Assembly (NCBI GenBank): GCA_023128895.1 | Contig: JAGMDC010000001.1 | Location: 1 to 47,894, forward strand | Direction: 5' to 3' | DNA length: 47,894 nt | Source of the DNA: Candidatus Parcubacteria bacterium | Lineage (GTDB): Bacteria; Patescibacteriota; Minisyncoccia; Minisyncoccales; JAGMDC01 | Shown here: positions 1-9,889 of the stretch, one piece after another | Numbering within the stretch: position 1 is the stretch's first letter | Layout of the letters: every line of letters starts with the position of its first letter | Made by a program: the position numbers and the translations under genes | The notes under the pieces: generated by a model | Databases searched by the model: none | Seen by the model: only the letters and a program-made list of their open reading frames with translations | What the model was told of the DNA's origin: nothing

Positions 1-48
1 TCGCTCGGTCAAAATACAAAAACAAGTTTTTGTATTCTTCCCTCGCTC
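1..48. repeat. REP-like palindromic element (truncated at window edge)
   Basis: TCGCTCGG..AATACAAAAAC-AA-GTTTTTGTATT..TCGCTC; same end motifs as the element at about 42159-42216. Confidence 0.5.
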
Positions 49-152
49 TCAATTATACTACAAATCAAATCAAGTTTCAATAACTGATTATTTTCCTCTT
101 GTAAATTATTGAAATATGTTGTAAATTGATAATGTAAGGTAACATAAAAAAT

Positions 153-1268
153 ATGACAGCGATTGCTCCCATAGAGAAAAAAAATATAAATATAGATATT
201 AAATCAAGGCCTCTGAAAATAGAAGAAACCGTAGAAGGCACAATAATAGGCGTTGGACGATCCAGCGTATTTTTAGATTTGGGAATACAAGGAGTCGGAA
301 TAATTTTTGGAAAAGAATTTATTGACGCAAAACAAAAATTAGAAAAACTCAAAAAAGGAGATAAAATTCTGGCAAAAGTGATAGAATTGGAGAACGAAGA
401 CGGATATTTGGAGCTTTCTGTGTCTAAGGCGAGCAGAGAGATTGTCTGGAAAGATTTGCAAAGAAAGAAAGAACAAGGCGAAACCATAGAAATAAGAATT
501 ACAGGAGCCAATAAAGGAGGATTATTAGCAAATATTGATGACATTCCGGCTTTTCTTCCTGTCTCCCAATTATCTTCTTCTCATTATCCGCAGGTGAAAG
601 ACACTGACCAGTCAAAAATTTTTCAAGAACTTCAAAAATTTATTGGACAGGTGCTTGAAGTGAAAGTACTTGAGTTCACGCCGAAACAAGGGAAACTTGT
701 TCTTTCCGAAAAAGCGAAAGAATTTGAAAATATTGAAGAAATTTTGAAAAATCACCATGAGGGCGATATAGTGGAAGGCATTATTACTAAAATAGTGAAT
801 TTCGGAGTGTTTATGAAATTTTCAACAGGAATTTCAGATAAAGACGAAAAGGAGATTCCAAAAGAAATAGAAGGGCTTATCCATATTTCAGAGATTGATT
901 GGGAATTAGTTGATGATGTGAACAAACTTTTTAAGGTTGGACAGAAAGTTAAAGCAAAAATTGTTAAAATCGCGCAGGGTAAAATTTCTTTATCAATAAA
1001 AGCCTTAAAGCCGAATCCTTGGGAAAAAATCAATGAGGAGTATAAAAAAGGAAATAAAGTAAAAGGCGAAGTAGTAAAATTAAATCCTTTTGGCGTTTTA
1101 GTCAAACTTCCATCAAAAATTCAGGGTTTGTGCCATATTTCCGAATTTGCGGCAAAAGCGGAAATGGAAGATAAAATGAGAATTGGGCAAACTTATGATT
1201 TTGAAATTTTATCTTTTGAGCCAGCGGAGCATAAAATATTGTTAAGACCTTATGCCGAAAAAAATTAA
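153..1268 (+). CDS. rpsA: 30S ribosomal protein S1 (4 S1/OB domains)
   Basis: Repeated S1 motifs (ANKGGLL..AFLPVSQL; FGVF..EGLIHISEIDW; FGVLV..GLCHISE). Confidence 0.85.
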   Translation: MTAIAPIEKKNINIDIKSRPLKIEETVEGTIIGVGRSSVFLDLGIQGVGIIFGKEFIDAKQKLEKLKKGDKILAKVIELENEDGYLELSVSKASREIVWKDLQRKKEQGETIEIRITGANKGGLLANIDDIPAFLPVSQLSSSHYPQVKDTDQSKIFQELQKFIGQVLEVKVLEFTPKQGKLVLSEKAKEFENIEEILKNHHEGDIVEGIITKIVNFGVFMKFSTGISDKDEKEIPKEIEGLIHISEIDWELVDDVNKLFKVGQKVKAKIVKIAQGKISLSIKALKPNPWEKINEEYKKGNKVKGEVVKLNPFGVLVKLPSKIQGLCHISEFAAKAEMEDKMRIGQTYDFEILSFEPAEHKILLRPYAEKN

Positions 1269-3108
1269 AAAAATAAACGGACTTGTTAAAAATTTTGCTA
1301 TTGTTTTGATTGTATTTTTGATAATATCAGGAATTTTTGCTTTGTTTTCCGAACCAACTGATGAGCGAAAAGAAATATCTTTAAGTCAGCTTGCTGATGA
1401 CATTCAAGAAGAAAAAATTAAAAAAATTACGGTTTTTTCCGACAATGAACTTTTGATTATTTACAAAAACGAAGAAAAAGCCGTATCCCGGAAAGAACCT
1501 GAACTTGGTTTATCGGAAACATTAATAAGCTTTTATAAAGTAGACCCGGAAAAATACAAAAAAGTAAATGTTTCGCCGGAAGAAAGAAAAGGGTTCTCTA
1601 CTATACTTACTCTGTTTTCTATCTTATTGTTTCCCATATTGATTTTTATTATATTTTTCTGGATGATTTTTCGCCAGGCGCGCAGCGGCGCGATGCAGGC
1701 GTTTAACTTTGGCAAGGCAAGGGCGCGGCTTTTTGGCGCGGAAGGCGCTGATAAGGAAAAAACCACATTCAATGATGTGGCTGGATTAAAAGAAGCCAAA
1801 GAAGAACTTAAGGAAATTGTTGACTTTTTGAAAAATCCAAAAAAGTACCTCCGGATGGGAGCAAAAATCCCGAGAGGCGTTCTTTTAATGGGACCTCCGG
1901 GCACCGGCAAAACATTATTAGCGCGCGCGGTCGCGTCTGAAGCCGGGGTTCCATTTTTTTCCATTTCCGGGTCGGAGTTTATTGAAATGTTTGTCGGTGT
2001 CGGGTCATCGCGGGTGAGGGATTTATTCGCTACTGCCAAGAAGCAGCAGCCAAGCATTATTTTTATTGACGAATTGGACGCCATAGGCAGGACAAGAGGC
2101 ACGGGAATTGGAGGCGGACACGATGAAAGAGAACAGACCTTGAATCAGATATTGGTTGAAATGGACGGATTTGAGAGAGATTCCACAACTTTGGTTTTCG
2201 CCGCTACTAATAGGCCGGACGTTTTGGACCCGGCTTTATTAAGGCCGGGCAGGTTTGACAGGCGCGTGATATTAGACCTTCCCGACATTGACGGCAGAGA
2301 AGAAATCTTAAAAATCCATAGCAGAGGAAAACCCATAGCAGATAAAGTTGATTTAAGAGAAATTGCTGAGCGCACGCCTGGATTTTCCGGCGCTGATTTG
2401 GCAAATGTTATGAATGAAGCCGCGATTCTTGCGGCAAGAAACAATAAACAACAAATTATCCAGCATGACTTTCTGGAATCAATTGAAAAGGTTTTATTAG
2501 GCCCTGAAAGAAAATCGCATATTTTGTCAAAAAAAGAGAAAAAAATAACCGCGTACCACGAAGCAGGACATGCCTTGGTTTCTTCTTTGCTCACCGGCGC
2601 CGAGCCGGTAAGAAAGGTTTCCATTGTGGCGCGCGGAAGAGCAGCCGGCTACACGCTTAAAGTCCCGACTGAAGAAAAGAGAATGATGACAAAAACAGAA
2701 TTTTTGGCAGAGATGGCGGTTCTGCTGGGCGGTTACTGCGCTGAACAATTAAAATTCAACGAAATAACCACTGGCGCGGCAAACGACCTGGAAATAGCGT
2801 CTAAAATGGCAAGGAAATTAGTAAAAGAATATGGGATGTCTTCTCTAGGCCCTGTTTCATGGGGAGAGAAAGAGGAATTAGTGTTTTTAGGAAGAGAAAT
2901 ATCAGAGCAGAGAAGCTATTCTGAAAAAATCGCGGGAGAAATTGACAATGAAGTGAAAAAATTTATCAAACAGGCAGAGGACAAAGCAAAAACGATTTTA
3001 AGAAAAAATAAAAAAGCCTTGGAAAAAATCGCCAAAACTTTAATTGAAAAGGAAACAATAGAAAGGCAGGAATTTGAAAAATTGATTAAAAATACTAAAT
3101 TAAAATGA
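1252..3108 (+). CDS. ftsH: ATP-dependent zinc metalloprotease FtsH
   Basis: Two N-terminal TM segments, Walker A GPPGTGKT, Walker [36 protein letters not shown] zinc motif. Confidence 0.97.
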   Translation: MPKKIKKINGLVKNFAIVLIVFLIISGIFALFSEPTDERKEISLSQLADDIQEEKIKKITVFSDNELLIIYKNEEKAVSRKEPELGLSETLISFYKVDPEKYKKVNVSPEERKGFSTILTLFSILLFPILIFIIFFWMIFRQARSGAMQAFNFGKARARLFGAEGADKEKTTFNDVAGLKEAKEELKEIVDFLKNPKKYLRMGAKIPRGVLLMGPPGTGKTLLARAVASEAGVPFFSISGSEFIEMFVGVGSSRVRDLFATAKKQQPSIIFIDELDAIGRTRGTGIGGGHDEREQTLNQILVEMDGFERDSTTLVFAATNRPDVLDPALLRPGRFDRRVILDLPDIDGREEILKIHSRGKPIADKVDLREIAERTPGFSGADLANVMNEAAILAARNNKQQIIQHDFLESIEKVLLGPERKSHILSKKEKKITAYHEAGHALVSSLLTGAEPVRKVSIVARGRAAGYTLKVPTEEKRMMTKTEFLAEMAVLLGGYCAEQLKFNEITTGAANDLEIASKMARKLVKEYGMSSLGPVSWGEKEELVFLGREISEQRSYSEKIAGEIDNEVKKFIKQAEDKAKTILRKNKKALEKIAKTLIEKETIERQEFEKLIKNTKLK

Positions 3109-3543
3109 ATCCATTTTGACTGTTTGCGCGTCTAACGCCTGATTTACCAGTTTATCCGCTTGTTTATTTTGTTCTCTTGGGATATGTTTGAATTCCACTT
3201 TGCCAAAATCCAGTTTGGCATTCCAAACAGTCAAGAACAACGGTTGTATATTTGCATTAAGAATTTTATATTTCCCCTGCAATTGTTTTACGAGCAATTC
3301 TGAATCGGAATTGATTTCTATTTCCAACGCTCTTATTTTCCCTTTGCCGAAAAGGGCTTTTATTTTTTTTAACGCGAAAATTACTGCTTGATACTCGGCT
3401 TCATTGTTGGTAAAACGAGGACCCAAAAATTCCCCGTATTCTTTGATAACCTTTCCACTATCATTACGAATCACAATCCCTATTCCCGACGGCCCGGGAT
3501 TTCCCCTTGACCCGCCGTCTGTATAAACAATCACCTTTTCCAT
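3100..3543 (-). CDS. rnhA: Ribonuclease HI (archaeal/actinobacterial-like subtype)
   Basis: YTDGGSRGNPG, TNNEAEY, SDSELLVKQ, HIPREQNKQAD; start moved to MEKVIVY (ATG 3543). Confidence 0.9.
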   Translation of the reverse strand: MEKVIVYTDGGSRGNPGPSGIGIVIRNDSGKVIKEYGEFLGPRFTNNEAEYQAVIFALKKIKALFGKGKIRALEIEINSDSELLVKQLQGKYKILNANIQPLFLTVWNAKLDFGKVEFKHIPREQNKQADKLVNQALDAQTVKMDSF

Positions 3544-3586
3544 ACTATTATAGCAATATACCATTTTTGCTTATATTATGCAAAAA

Positions 3587-3649
3587 TTGTAAAAAAAATC
3601 CGCTGGAGAAAATTCAAGAAAAATTCTCTCATTTCTTCAGCATAATTTT
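3587..3649 (-). terminator. Terminator-like block of accessory cassette 1
   Basis: Minus strand TTATGCTG...CAGCGGA followed by T8; 19 bp identical to 5198-5216. Confidence 0.65.
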
Positions 3650-3907
3650 TCATTCTGGCATAGGATAGTCAATACTGCCGTCTTTCGCAACATTAAAAGT
3701 ACTTCCGCCGGTTGTTAGCGTCATAAAACCGCTTTTCCTCTTTAACACCACATCGCCGTCCTCGTCTTTCCAGCGTATAATATCCCCATCTATCTCTACA
3801 TCTTCTTTTTTTCTGATACACACTAATATTCCAAAACGTGTTATCTTGAGATAGTTCCCTGTTTTTTCCAACTCCGCATTATCCTTTCTTCTTCTTCCTC
3901 CTTTCAT
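3650..3907 (-). CDS. Small orphan protein (accessory cassette)
   Basis: 85-aa ORF with its own promoter, purine-rich leader (AGGAAGGT) and terminator; no recognisable family. Confidence 0.6.
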   Translation of the reverse strand: MKGGRRRKDNAELEKTGNYLKITRFGILVCIRKKEDVEIDGDIIRWKDEDGDVVLKRKSGFMTLTTGGSTFNVAKDGSIDYPMPE

Positions 3908-3946
3908 TCTTTTTTTACCTTCCTGTTTTTCTATATTTTTTTACCT

Positions 3947-3993
3947 TATGTACTGTACTAAAAAAGTAGCACAAGCGCGCTATTTTGTCAAAT
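3947..3993 (-). promoter_or_regulatory. sigma70 promoter overlapping the MFS stop codon
   Basis: TTGACA(3991-3986)-N17-TACTTT with extended TGn; 41/47 identical to 6151-6197. Confidence 0.75.
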
Positions 3994-5167
3994 ATTTTCC
4001 AATCAGCAAAACAACTAATACAAAAAGACCAGCGAAGATAAATAAATTATTGAAGCCGAGGAAGCCAATGATTAAACCTGAAACCAAAGAACCAAGCGCC
4101 ACGCCTAATGGTGAAAAAATCGTATCCAGAACACTTGCTTCTTCTGGATATTTTTTCAATTTTTGAGACAATAATCCGCTTCGCCCTGAACCGCACATTA
4201 AGCCAGACATGCCCTGCCCTAATTTTATTAAAAAAATAACAAAGAAATTAGCGCAAGATCCGAAAATACCCAACGCGATCGAAAATCCGCTCGTTAATAA
4301 AGCGCCATGAAAAATGCTTTTTTCACTCGCCCTATCCCCTACTCTTTTGATTATAAGCAGAGAAAGGGGCAGGAATATTAAGGAAAGCGAAGAAACAAAA
4401 AATAAAATCAAATTCTGGGACCAGCCAATATCTTTTAAAAACAAAACAAAAAAGGCGCGATAAAATCCAGCCAAAATCAGAACAGAAAAACCAGCAACAA
4501 CAGGGAATAATATGGCTTTCTGCTTTAATATCTTGAAAACTTTTTCATAATTTTGCGCGTATTCCTTGAATTGGAACTTCTTGTCTAAAGCAATAGGCTT
4601 TTGCTTTTTGATCTGAGAAAAACAAAAAATCCCGTTAAAGAATTGTATGATTAAACTTAAAGCAAAAACACCGAAAAAACCAAATTTCCAAATTATCAAG
4701 GCGCCAATAACAGGCGCTACAACATTAGCGTAAAGCGGCGACGAGTAAAACCAGGCAAAAGCCCGATTATGGTTTTCCAGTTTAGCCGCCATTAAAATTC
4801 CACGCATACTGACAAAAAACATTGCAGCGGAAATTCCCAAAAAAATCTGGAAAGTGTAAAACAAAATCGGCATCTGGACTGGATGAATTAAAATCATCGC
4901 CAGAGAATAAAATCCATACCCAAAAATTCCCAATCCAGCCAGAATTAATGGATTTATTCTATGATTTAAAAAACCTATTACTGGCGAAAAAACAGCAATA
5001 GGAAGATAAATTAAAAGATATGTATAACCAACTTGCGACAACGACAATCCCCGAGCGACTAAAAACAAAGGAAAATACAGAGAAAAAAGTTTGTATCCAA
5101 ACATCAGCAGGAAATGAGACAAACTCGCGTCAAAAGTAATTTTTTCAATTTTTGGGAAAATGGACAT
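3980..5167 (-). CDS. MFS transporter
   Basis: 395 aa, about 12 hydrophobic helices in two 6-TM halves with a central hydrophilic loop. Confidence 0.8.
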   Translation of the reverse strand: MSIFPKIEKITFDASLSHFLLMFGYKLFSLYFPLFLVARGLSLSQVGYTYLLIYLPIAVFSPVIGFLNHRINPLILAGLGIFGYGFYSLAMILIHPVQMPILFYTFQIFLGISAAMFFVSMRGILMAAKLENHNRAFAWFYSSPLYANVVAPVIGALIIWKFGFFGVFALSLIIQFFNGIFCFSQIKKQKPIALDKKFQFKEYAQNYEKVFKILKQKAILFPVVAGFSVLILAGFYRAFFVLFLKDIGWSQNLILFFVSSLSLIFLPLSLLIIKRVGDRASEKSIFHGALLTSGFSIALGIFGSCANFFVIFLIKLGQGMSGLMCGSGRSGLLSQKLKKYPEEASVLDTIFSPLGVALGSLVSGLIIGFLGFNNLFIFAGLFVLVVLLIGKYLTK

Positions 5168-5197
5168 ATTCCCCTATTCTACCAAATCCCAAAATTT

Positions 5198-5249
5198 TTG
5201 TAAAAAAAATCCGCTGAAAAAAATTTATTTCTAAATTTTCCCAGCATAA
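5198..5249 (-). terminator. Terminator-like block of accessory cassette 2
   Basis: TTATGCTG...CAGCGGA-T8-ACA; the TTTACA also fits as a -35 (N17-TAGAAT) for the MFS gene. Confidence 0.65.
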
Positions 5250-5264
5250 CTTTTTTATATCTGC

Positions 5265-5912
5265 TTATAGTCTTTCTCCGCGGCTCAAAGAGATATTAAT
5301 GTCTTCCACGCCTAATTCCTTACGGAAATCGGCAAGCGCTTCTTCGGTGTTGTAAAAAAGTTCTGTCTCCTTCCAGTCAGGTTTCACTTTGGAGAGGTAA
5401 AACTCTGAGAATGCTTTTGTGTCGGGACTGAACAGATAAAGAGCGGCCATTGCCATTCTATACATCCGCTTCTTTCCGGAAACAATCAGATCTATATCGC
5501 CTAAAACATCCAATTGTCTCGGGTCGACATCCACGGTTTTGGCTCCTTTGAGCATCTCTGCGTTTTCGAGCCAGTAACTTGAAGGAATTGCTATCATAAA
5601 TGACCAATCCTCTTTCTTGCCGTCTGGGAAATGATATACAGTCCTATAAATCGGTTCACCTATTGGCAATCCTTGCACTATAATTCCCAGTTCCTCTTTT
5701 ACTTCTCTGCGCCCTTCCGCGAATAATGCTTCAGGTGTCAAGAGTTTGCTCAAATCCTTTTCCTCTACTCCGCCTCCTGGCAGTTCAAAATCTCCCCTAT
5801 ACGACACATTCTCGCCGAACATTGACCCTCTTTCAGTCCGCATTCGCAGACGCACATTGCCTTCTCTCGTCACAAGCCCAAGAACCACTCCCACGGTTAT
5901 TTCCTTTTCCAT
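5265..5912 (-). CDS. NUDIX-fold hydrolase (divergent)
   Basis: FELPGGGVE....RREVKEELGI Nudix box with lengthened spacer; GAGGTGAGG RBS upstream. Confidence 0.7.
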   Translation of the reverse strand: MEKEITVGVVLGLVTREGNVRLRMRTERGSMFGENVSYRGDFELPGGGVEEKDLSKLLTPEALFAEGRREVKEELGIIVQGLPIGEPIYRTVYHFPDGKKEDWSFMIAIPSSYWLENAEMLKGAKTVDVDPRQLDVLGDIDLIVSGKKRMYRMAMAALYLFSPDTKAFSEFYLSKVKPDWKETELFYNTEEALADFRKELGVEDINISLSRGERL

Positions 5913-5928
5913 TTTTCCTCACCTCATC

Positions 5929-6111
5929 TTATACATTTTCCCATCGATTTCCCTCTTCGTCATAACCATCAACTTGGCCATCACGACCCTTGACAGTCAT
6001 AACTATTCCTTTCTTATCGACGCCCACATCTTGCGAGAAAAGACGCGTAGGATCTAACTCCAGCATCTTTCCACCTCTATTTTTGACACTACTATTTTTC
6101 TTTCCTTTCAT
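5929..6111 (-). CDS. Small orphan protein (start may be the internal Met after GAGGTGG)
   Basis: Lies between the cassette promoter and the NUDIX gene; leader and N-terminus (MKG..) resemble 3650-3907. Confidence 0.45.
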   Translation of the reverse strand: MKGKKNSSVKNRGGKMLELDPTRLFSQDVGVDKKGIVMTVKGRDGQVDGYDEEGNRWENV

Positions 6112-6150
6112 TCTTTCTTTTTGTCACCTTTTTCCTATTTTTTGCCTTAA

Positions 6151-6197
6151 TATGTACTGTACCAAAACAATAGCACAGACGCACTATTTTGTCAAAT
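6151..6197 (-). promoter_or_regulatory. sigma70 promoter overlapping the recJ-like stop codon
   Basis: TTGACA(6195-6190)-N17-TATTGT with extended TGn; paralogue of 3947-3993. Confidence 0.75.
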
Positions 6198-7344
6198 TTT
6201 CAAAGTATTTTTTGAGGCATTCTTCAAACTTTTTCAAGTTTTTGTTTTGTATTGAAAATCCAGCCGCAGGAGGATGACCGCCGAAATTTATTAAAAGTTT
6301 GCCGCAGGACTCCATTGCTTTTACAGCGTCAAATCCTTGTGGCATTCTCACTGCTCCGATGCTTCTGCCTCGCATTTTATTATATATAAACGTGGGTTTT
6401 CTATACTTGTTGCAAACGCGCGAAGCAACAGCGCCGATAAGAACATTATACCATTCAGAGTCGCCTTCAAAAATAATGTCGCTGTCTGAATTTTTATATG
6501 CCCTATCCCCTGCTTCCTGCGCGGCTTGTTTAATCCTGAGCTGCCTTTCTTGCGTTTGTTCCAATAATTTTTTAGCCAAAATTTTCGCGCGTTTTTCATC
6601 TTTACTGGTTAAAAGAAAATACGCGCCTGTTTTATTTTTTTCAATGCCGCTAACGTTGAGACAAGAGATAATTTTTCGCGCCAATTGGTTTATATCCAAA
6701 TTTTTAAGAACTTCTATTTCAGAAAAGACCTTTAGTCCGACACGCGATGTATATTCCAATGAATAAATCCCCTGCTCAATATAGAATTTGTTCTCGTCTT
6801 CCTGGGGCATCATATCAGCCAGAGTTGCCAGACCGGTTAATTCCAAAAATTCAGTGTCTAAATTCGGCGGCAGATTATTTTCATAAAGAATTTTTACCAA
6901 GCGATAGACAATCCCTGCATTAGCCAAATCCTTAAACGGGTATTTATCTGTTTTCTGTTTTGGGTCAACAACAATATCCGCGTTTGGAATATTGCCGACT
7001 ATTGCGTGATGGTCAACAATAATTATTTCAAATCCCATTTTTTTCGCTGTTTTCACTTCTTCAAAATTCGTTATACCAAGGTCTAATGTTATAAACAAAG
7101 CCGGCGCGTATTTTTTTAGATGCGCCAGAGCGCTTTTGTTTATACCGTATCCCTGCTTTTCCCTGTCAACAAAATAGACAATTACATTGCCTTCTAAATT
7201 TTTGATTGCTTCTTCTAACACAACAACAGACGCTGTTCCGTCTAAATCAGCGTCGCCGTATAAAATAATAGTTTCCTGATTTTTGATTGCTTTCAAAATC
7301 CTTTTTGCTGTTTTTTTAAGATTTTTAATTTCAGGGGTTGACAT
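6184..7344 (-). CDS. recJ: RecJ-like DHH/DHHA1 ssDNA exonuclease (short form without C-terminal OB domain)
   Basis: YGDADLDG, GYGIN, ITLDLG, IVDHH, ATLADMMP, FGGHPPAAG; start moved to MSTPE (ATG 7344). Confidence 0.8.
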   Translation of the reverse strand: MSTPEIKNLKKTAKRILKAIKNQETIILYGDADLDGTASVVVLEEAIKNLEGNVIVYFVDREKQGYGINKSALAHLKKYAPALFITLDLGITNFEEVKTAKKMGFEIIIVDHHAIVGNIPNADIVVDPKQKTDKYPFKDLANAGIVYRLVKILYENNLPPNLDTEFLELTGLATLADMMPQEDENKFYIEQGIYSLEYTSRVGLKVFSEIEVLKNLDINQLARKIISCLNVSGIEKNKTGAYFLLTSKDEKRAKILAKKLLEQTQERQLRIKQAAQEAGDRAYKNSDSDIIFEGDSEWYNVLIGAVASRVCNKYRKPTFIYNKMRGRSIGAVRMPQGFDAVKAMESCGKLLINFGGHPPAAGFSIQNKNLKKFEECLKKYFENLTK

Positions 7345-7672
7345 AATTTTGTAATTGAGTAATATTAAGGTATGGTAAAAGAGAGAAAGAAAGAAAAAGC
7401 GAAAATTAGAAAAATAGATAAAATACGGAAAACCGGAACCTGGCATGCGACCCATAGCACCCGCTGATCGTGCGGCTTCGCCGGGAAAAAAAGAGAGGCA
7501 GTCCGCTATAAACAGCGGCTTAGGAGTGAGAAAAGCAAACCTCTCTTCTCCCATTTTGGGGACACAGCATTTTTACAATTTCATATATCAGTTTTAATCA
7601 TTATCACCATAGCATTACAGCATCACCGTATCACATTTTTTTTTCATTAGGGCGCTCATTAGCGTCTCTTTT
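7338..7672 (+). ncRNA. Candidate structured ncRNA A (promoter to terminator)
   Basis: TTGACA-N16-TAATAT, several GC stems, 3' segment homologous to 10149-10219, hairpin plus T-run at the end; only a 31-aa uORF. Confidence 0.4.
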
Positions 7673-7715
7673 AATTTCTTATAATAGCACAAAAATAATC
7701 AAATCACAAAACATC

Positions 7716-7750
7716 TTGAATAAAAGCCAAAATTAGGATAAAATAACACA
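7716..7750 (+). promoter_or_regulatory. Leaderless-type promoter
   Basis: TTGAAT-N17-TAAAAT, 6 nt upstream of ATG 7751. Confidence 0.55.
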
Positions 7751-9208
7751 ATGACGCAAAAAATCAGAAAATACATTGTTTGTTTTCTAATACTTTTGTT
7801 TCTTCTTATCACTCCCTTAACAATCCTTTATTCACAGGGTTATCGTTTTGATATTATAAATAAAAAGGTCTGTTTAACAGGAGGATTGTTTATAAAAGGA
7901 CTGCCAAAAAGCGCTAATATTTATCTTGACGAAATTTTAGTTGATAAAACCGATTTTTTGTTTGGTTCTATTTTGATAGATAATCTTTTGCCAAAACAAT
8001 ATAAAATTTCAGTAAAAAAAGACGGATATTATTCTTGGAATAAAACTTTGGATGTGCAAGAGAAACAAGTTATTGACGCGAAAAATATCACATTAGTGCC
8101 GAAAAATTCTGAATTTTTTATCAGCAATAAAAACGTTGAAAATTTTTGGCCTTTCCCGGAACAAGAAAAAATCATAATTCAGGAAAAGGAATATAATAAC
8201 AATAATTCTACTTTGACTGACTGGTCGTTAAAACTTCTTGATTCAGAAAAAAATATAAAAAGCCATTTGATTAGCGCTAAAAAAATTCTTGGATACAGGG
8301 CAACGAGCGCGCCAATATGCTTGCTCACTCTTGATTTTTCTCCTGACGCTGCTCTGGTTCTTGTAAAGACAAAAACAGACGAACAAACGCAGTATTTTAT
8401 AATTGATTTATCAAAAACAAATATTAAGTCCATTGAACTCGATTTTTCAGAGCAAACAATAGATAATATATGGTTTCATCCCAAAAATTCTGAAAAAATA
8501 TTATTTCTCGCGAACAATCAATTATTTGAAAAAAATGTTTCAGAAACAATAAAAACTCAAACAGAACCTATTTTACGCGACATTCTCGCCTGCGCTTTTA
8601 CTAAAAACAACATCTATTATTTGGACACAAAAGGCGCGCTGATAAAAACAAATTTTTCTTTACAGGGAAAAGAGAAATTACTAAAAGAAAATTTTGTCTT
8701 AAATCCCAACAAAGCATATAAATTAAAAGTTGAACAAAATTTTGTTTTTCTTTTCGAAGGCAAGACATTGTACTGGCTGGACACAAAATCTAAAACGCTT
8801 GAAAAACTTTTAGACAGAGCGGAAGATATTAAACTCGCTCCTGATTTTAAAAAAATTTGCTATTTCAACAATTATGAAATCTGGATTTTATTCTTAGACA
8901 ACCAACTGGAACAGCCGAAAAGAAAATCAGGGGAAAAGGTTTTTCTTACCAGGTTTTCAAAAAAAATCAGCGATATTTTTTGGTGGACTAACCATTATTT
9001 GATTTTTACAACAGAGGAAATAAGTTCCGCGCCCCTTGAAGACAAGAGGCGCGAAATAAAAATTATGGAAATTGACAATCGCGATAAAATAAACAGTTAT
9101 ATCCTTACAGAATCCCAAAATCCAAAAATATTCTGGAACTCTTTCAATAAAAAACTTTATGTGCTAAATAATGAAATTTTATATTGTTCTGAAAAATTGA
9201 TTAAGTGA
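7751..9208 (+). CDS. Membrane-anchored PEGA-domain protein with probable beta-propeller C-terminus
   Basis: N-terminal TM, GYRFD..TGGLFIK..P..ANIYLD..NLLPKQYKISVKKDGYYSW PEGA-like pattern; FSPD/WFHP-type repeats. Confidence 0.7.
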   Translation: MTQKIRKYIVCFLILLFLLITPLTILYSQGYRFDIINKKVCLTGGLFIKGLPKSANIYLDEILVDKTDFLFGSILIDNLLPKQYKISVKKDGYYSWNKTLDVQEKQVIDAKNITLVPKNSEFFISNKNVENFWPFPEQEKIIIQEKEYNNNNSTLTDWSLKLLDSEKNIKSHLISAKKILGYRATSAPICLLTLDFSPDAALVLVKTKTDEQTQYFIIDLSKTNIKSIELDFSEQTIDNIWFHPKNSEKILFLANNQLFEKNVSETIKTQTEPILRDILACAFTKNNIYYLDTKGALIKTNFSLQGKEKLLKENFVLNPNKAYKLKVEQNFVFLFEGKTLYWLDTKSKTLEKLLDRAEDIKLAPDFKKICYFNNYEIWILFLDNQLEQPKRKSGEKVFLTRFSKKISDIFWWTNHYLIFTTEEISSAPLEDKRREIKIMEIDNRDKINSYILTESQNPKIFWNSFNKKLYVLNNEILYCSEKLIK

Positions 9209-9221
9209 TTGGCTGCGGCTG

Positions 9222-9848
9222 CTACTGGATTTTCTGGCACTCCTCGCGATATTCGCAATAATCGCAGCGCCAGGACTCAATATTTTCTGGAATAGCGGGC
9301 AGAATATCTTTATCAATCTGCTCTTTCAACTGCTTGAAATTTTTCAGAACATCCTGAATTATAAAAGGATCGTATTTGACAGAAAATTCTTTCAAAGTTT
9401 GTTTGTCTTTGTCCTCGTAAAGCAAAATTCCGTCTGGAATTTTGAAATAATGCATATAAAGCTGAACCTGCTTTATGTGGTCTGGTTCCGGATTTTCCAA
9501 TTTTTGAAATTTATAACTTGCGATAGATTTAATTTCTAATACATACGGCTTGCCTTCAATATCAATAATAGCGTCCGCCCTCCCTGAAATAATCTCCTGG
9601 GGAGGGATTTTTATTTCCACTGCCCTTATAATCCCCAAGCCGAACAAAACAGTCGCAATCCTCATATGCGTATAGTCCCCATTGTCAAAAATGCGAAGAA
9701 CCCTTGGTTCAGGGTCTTTCTTGGGATATTTTTTAAACTTAAAATAAAGCGCGCGAGGACACTTGGCTGAATCAGTGACATAGAATTTTTCCTGCCCCCT
9801 GTCTTTGAAATTATCAGTATAAAATTGGTCAATAAGATTTGTAAGCAT
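9222..9848 (-). CDS. Solo Cas4-like PD-(D/E)XK Fe-S exonuclease
   Basis: CPR..GDYTH..GRAD..LEIKS..QVQLY..CDYC....C: RecB-like motifs plus the 1+3 Cys Fe-S staple. Confidence 0.8.
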   Translation of the reverse strand: MLTNLIDQFYTDNFKDRGQEKFYVTDSAKCPRALYFKFKKYPKKDPEPRVLRIFDNGDYTHMRIATVLFGLGIIRAVEIKIPPQEIISGRADAIIDIEGKPYVLEIKSIASYKFQKLENPEPDHIKQVQLYMHYFKIPDGILLYEDKDKQTLKEFSVKYDPFIIQDVLKNFKQLKEQIDKDILPAIPENIESWRCDYCEYREECQKIQ

Positions 9849-9879
9849 ATATTATGATATTGTTCTACACCCTCATTAG

Positions 9880-9888
9880 TTATCCACA
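9880..9888 (+). promoter_or_regulatory. Perfect DnaA-box match
   Basis: TTATCCACA immediately upstream of a TTGACA -35 box. Confidence 0.4.
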
Positions 9889-9889
9889 G

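Noticed and set aside
7480-7530. RNase P-like words (GAGGCAGTCC, CGGCTTA)
   Set aside because: They are only about 15 nt apart and the rest of the RNase P core is absent.
7345-7554. 70-aa N-terminal extension of RecJ in the ORF track
   Set aside because: Low-complexity antisense reading of locus A; DHH homology begins after MSTPE.
7372-7650. 92-codon ORF if the in-frame TGA at 7465 were read through (Sec or code 25)
   Set aside because: TGA is a normal stop here (e.g. rpsI), there is no UxxC-type motif or selenoprotein similarity, and homologous locus B does not keep the frame.
9880-9888. Replication origin
   Set aside because: Only isolated DnaA boxes (here and 38963-38971); no cluster and no dnaA/dnaN nearby.
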